A stretch of 64,000 bases of DNA from the NCBI GenBank assembly GCA_904502005.1, contig CAJGDC010000002.1:3916-67915 (forward strand), given 5' to 3'. The position numbers were made by a program, and so were the translations under genes. This DNA is from an uncultured Alistipes sp. (GTDB taxonomy: Bacteria; Bacteroidota; Bacteroidia; Bacteroidales; Rikenellaceae). The stretch's first letter is position 1. Every line of letters starts with the position of its first letter. Of this stretch, positions 61,935-64,000 are shown one piece after another. The notes under the pieces are model-generated. The model searched no databases. It saw only the letters and a list, made by a program, of their open reading frames with translations, and had not been told where the DNA came from.

Positions 61935-63517
61935 AACGACTTTTTATTACACTACTTGCTGTTCTCGGCATTGCTACCTACGCAACAGCGCAGGATGTGA
62001 CGGGAACTATCCGCACAACAGAAGGAGCCCCTATTGCGGGCGTTGTAGTTACCGACGGACACTCTGTTGTCACTACAGACGCTGAGGGTAAGTACTCTTT
62101 CAATCGTCATGAGGAGGCTGCCTATGTCTACTACTCTCTTCCTGCAGAGTATCGTGTACCACTTCGTCAGGGTCACCCTTGCTTCTACAAGAAGCTCAAC
62201 GACGACAAGGTCTACGACTTCGTTCTTCAGCCACTCAAGGATGGTAAGGAGGATAAGTTCCGCCTTGTTATGGTAGCTGACCCACAGTGTCAGAACCTAC
62301 GTCATATCTACCGCTTCCACTCAGAGACTGCACCAGACTTGAAGAAGACAGCAAAGAAGAGCAAGACCCCTTGTTATGCAATCTCTCTTGGTGATATTGT
62401 CTACTCTGAGGGTCCACGCAACGCCAACTACCTTATGCCGATGATTAAGGAGGAGATGCGTGCCGAGAATATCGGTATGCCGATGTTCCAGACTATCGGA
62501 AATCACGACTGCGACTACGAGCCGGTAGTTACGGGCAAGCGCAACTCAACCCCTACAGTGCGCCTACAGCGTATGTTTGAGGCTACATTTGGTCCTATTG
62601 ACTACTCTTGGAATCGTGGCGATGTGCATATCGTAAGTATGAACGACATTATCTACGATGATATTAACAACTTCAAGAAGTATCATGGCGACTTTACAGA
62701 CGAGCAGGTGGAGTGGCTTCGTAAAGACCTGAGCTATGTATCAAAGGATAAGATGGTCATTCTCTGCGTACATATTCCACTTGAGCACCTACGCAAGAGC
62801 CCACGTGTTCAGGCTGTTCTCAATATGCTCTCTGAGTATGCTGACTGCAAGATTATGTCAGGACATACACACTACACACGCCGCTATACCCACAAGAATG
62901 GTATTCACGAGTACATCTTCGGCGCTGCATCAGGTTGCTGGTGGTGGAGCAAAAACAATGGCGATGGCACACCAAACGGCTACGGCCTTATTGACATTGT
63001 CGGCAACAAGGTTGTTGACCACCGTTATAAGGGTACCGGCTTTGACTTAGACTATCAGCTACGTCTCTACCGCGGTAATGCAACATTTGGCGGCAAGCAC
63101 GAGCAGCCAACACTACCTTTCGGTGCCGATAAGATTCTTGCAAATGTATGGTTCGCAGATAAGGATTGGAAGATTGAGCTCTATGAGGATGGTAAACTCT
63201 CTGGCGAGATGAAGAAGATGAAGCCATCTCCATTCCGTGGTGACGAGCACCCAAGCCTTGAGTCAAGCAAAGATTGGTGGGCTATCGGTTACCACACCGG
63301 CGTTGTAGGTCGTGGACATAAGAAGGGCAGCACCCGCAAGAACTACTGCGTACCGTGCCACCACATGTACATCTACACCCTCAAGAACCCTAATGCAAAG
63401 GTTAAGGTGGTAGCAACTGACGACAAGGGTCGTAAATATACCTGCGACTACGTTATTGAGAATGCCGACTATAGCCTCGCCGCTCCAGCAGAGTACAAGG
63501 TTACAGAGGTGTGGTAG
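61931..63517 (+). CDS. Secreted calcineurin-like metallophosphoesterase
   Basis: Signal peptide; GVVVTDG, ADPQ, LGD, IGNHD, SGHTH, DGTPNGY. Confidence 0.9.
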   Translation: MKRLFITLLAVLGIATYATAQDVTGTIRTTEGAPIAGVVVTDGHSVVTTDAEGKYSFNRHEEAAYVYYSLPAEYRVPLRQGHPCFYKKLNDDKVYDFVLQPLKDGKEDKFRLVMVADPQCQNLRHIYRFHSETAPDLKKTAKKSKTPCYAISLGDIVYSEGPRNANYLMPMIKEEMRAENIGMPMFQTIGNHDCDYEPVVTGKRNSTPTVRLQRMFEATFGPIDYSWNRGDVHIVSMNDIIYDDINNFKKYHGDFTDEQVEWLRKDLSYVSKDKMVILCVHIPLEHLRKSPRVQAVLNMLSEYADCKIMSGHTHYTRRYTHKNGIHEYIFGAASGCWWWSKNNGDGTPNGYGLIDIVGNKVVDHRYKGTGFDLDYQLRLYRGNATFGGKHEQPTLPFGADKILANVWFADKDWKIELYEDGKLSGEMKKMKPSPFRGDEHPSLESSKDWWAIGYHTGVVGRGHKKGSTRKNYCVPCHHMYIYTLKNPNAKVKVVATDDKGRKYTCDYVIENADYSLAAPAEYKVTEVW

Positions 63518-63540
63518 TTGTTTCCGCATTATAATATAGG

Positions 63541-63577
63541 TATGCCGAGTGTTTTTGACATTCGGCATATTTTTTTG
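63541..63577 (+). terminator. Intrinsic terminator
   Basis: tatgccgagtgt/acattcggcata stem followed by a T run. Confidence 0.75.
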
Positions 63578-63606
63578 CACTTTTTCGTAAAAAAGTTGCA
63601 AAAATA

Positions 63607-63658
63607 TTTGGAAGTTCAGTGTTTTATACTGTATCTTTGTGATATCAAAATGATATCA
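63607..63658 (+). promoter_or_regulatory. Promoter with tandem TGATATCA palindromic operator-like boxes
   Basis: TTTG(63607)-N21-TATCTTTG(63632-63639); TGATATCA at 63640-63647 and 63651-63658. Confidence 0.7.
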
Positions 63659-63685
63659 ATTTTAACACTTAAAACTTTAACAACT

Positions 63686-64000
63686 ATGAAAAACAGTAAT
63701 TACACTTATGACGGCTGGAAACTCAATGGTTTTGTAGCTCTTATTATCAACCTTGCACTTGTTGGAGTAGCCGCATGGCTCTTTGTGGAGTTGGTAAACA
63801 GTGACGAGTTTGGTGGACTACTCTTTGCAGGCGTATGGGTAGCAGTTATTGCGGCTATTATTATGGCTTGCGGCTACAAGATGCTTGAGCCAAATGAGGC
63901 ACGAGTGCTACTCTTCTTTGGTAACTATCGCGGAACATTCTACGAGACAGGTTTCTGGTGGATTAACCCATTTATGAGCGCAAAGAAGCTCTCACTGCGT
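63686..64000 (+). CDS. SPFH/band-7 domain membrane protein (3' truncated by window edge)
   Basis: Two TMs then LEPNEARVLLFFGNYRGT...GFWWINPF. Confidence 0.85.
   Translation, partial: MKNSNYTYDGWKLNGFVALIINLALVGVAAWLFVELVNSDEFGGLLFAGVWVAVIAAIIMACGYKMLEPNEARVLLFFGNYRGTFYETGFWWINPFMSAKKLSLR

Overview
Chromosomal segment of a Bacteroidales bacterium, probably Rikenellaceae/Alistipes-like. This is inferred from TTTG-N19-21-TAnnTTTG promoters, gene content and lipoprotein style. It is mostly housekeeping: glpT (partial), a UbiD-family decarboxylase, comEA-like, rpsU, dusB, GH20, pepD, ispF, an NCS2 permease, sufBCDS, tmk, panCD, an M16 peptidase, dnaG, uvrB, lgt, ruvB, aroB, typA, tRNA-Ser(GCT) and tRNA-Arg(CCG). 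Large accessory surface lipoproteins are interspersed. No integrase, transposase, reverse transcriptase or CRISPR array was seen. The strongest unexplained signal is a leader architecture shared by two unrelated surface-lipoprotein genes (4523 + and 55339 -): promoter, 27-28 aa leader ORF with a G8/G9 tract, stop, then a covarying 9-bp hairpin 49-50 nt after the G tract. This suggests slippage-driven phase variation acting through leader-peptide translation. Other signals: a 192-bp palindromic element duplicated around an M13 peptidase cassette; an ORF-less structured insert flanked by a duplicated tRNA-Ser 3' end; an unannotated 41-aa YxxP peptide; two genes with single in-frame stops; and a catalytically dead LexA/CI-like repressor. 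All calls come from reading the sequence; no searches were run.
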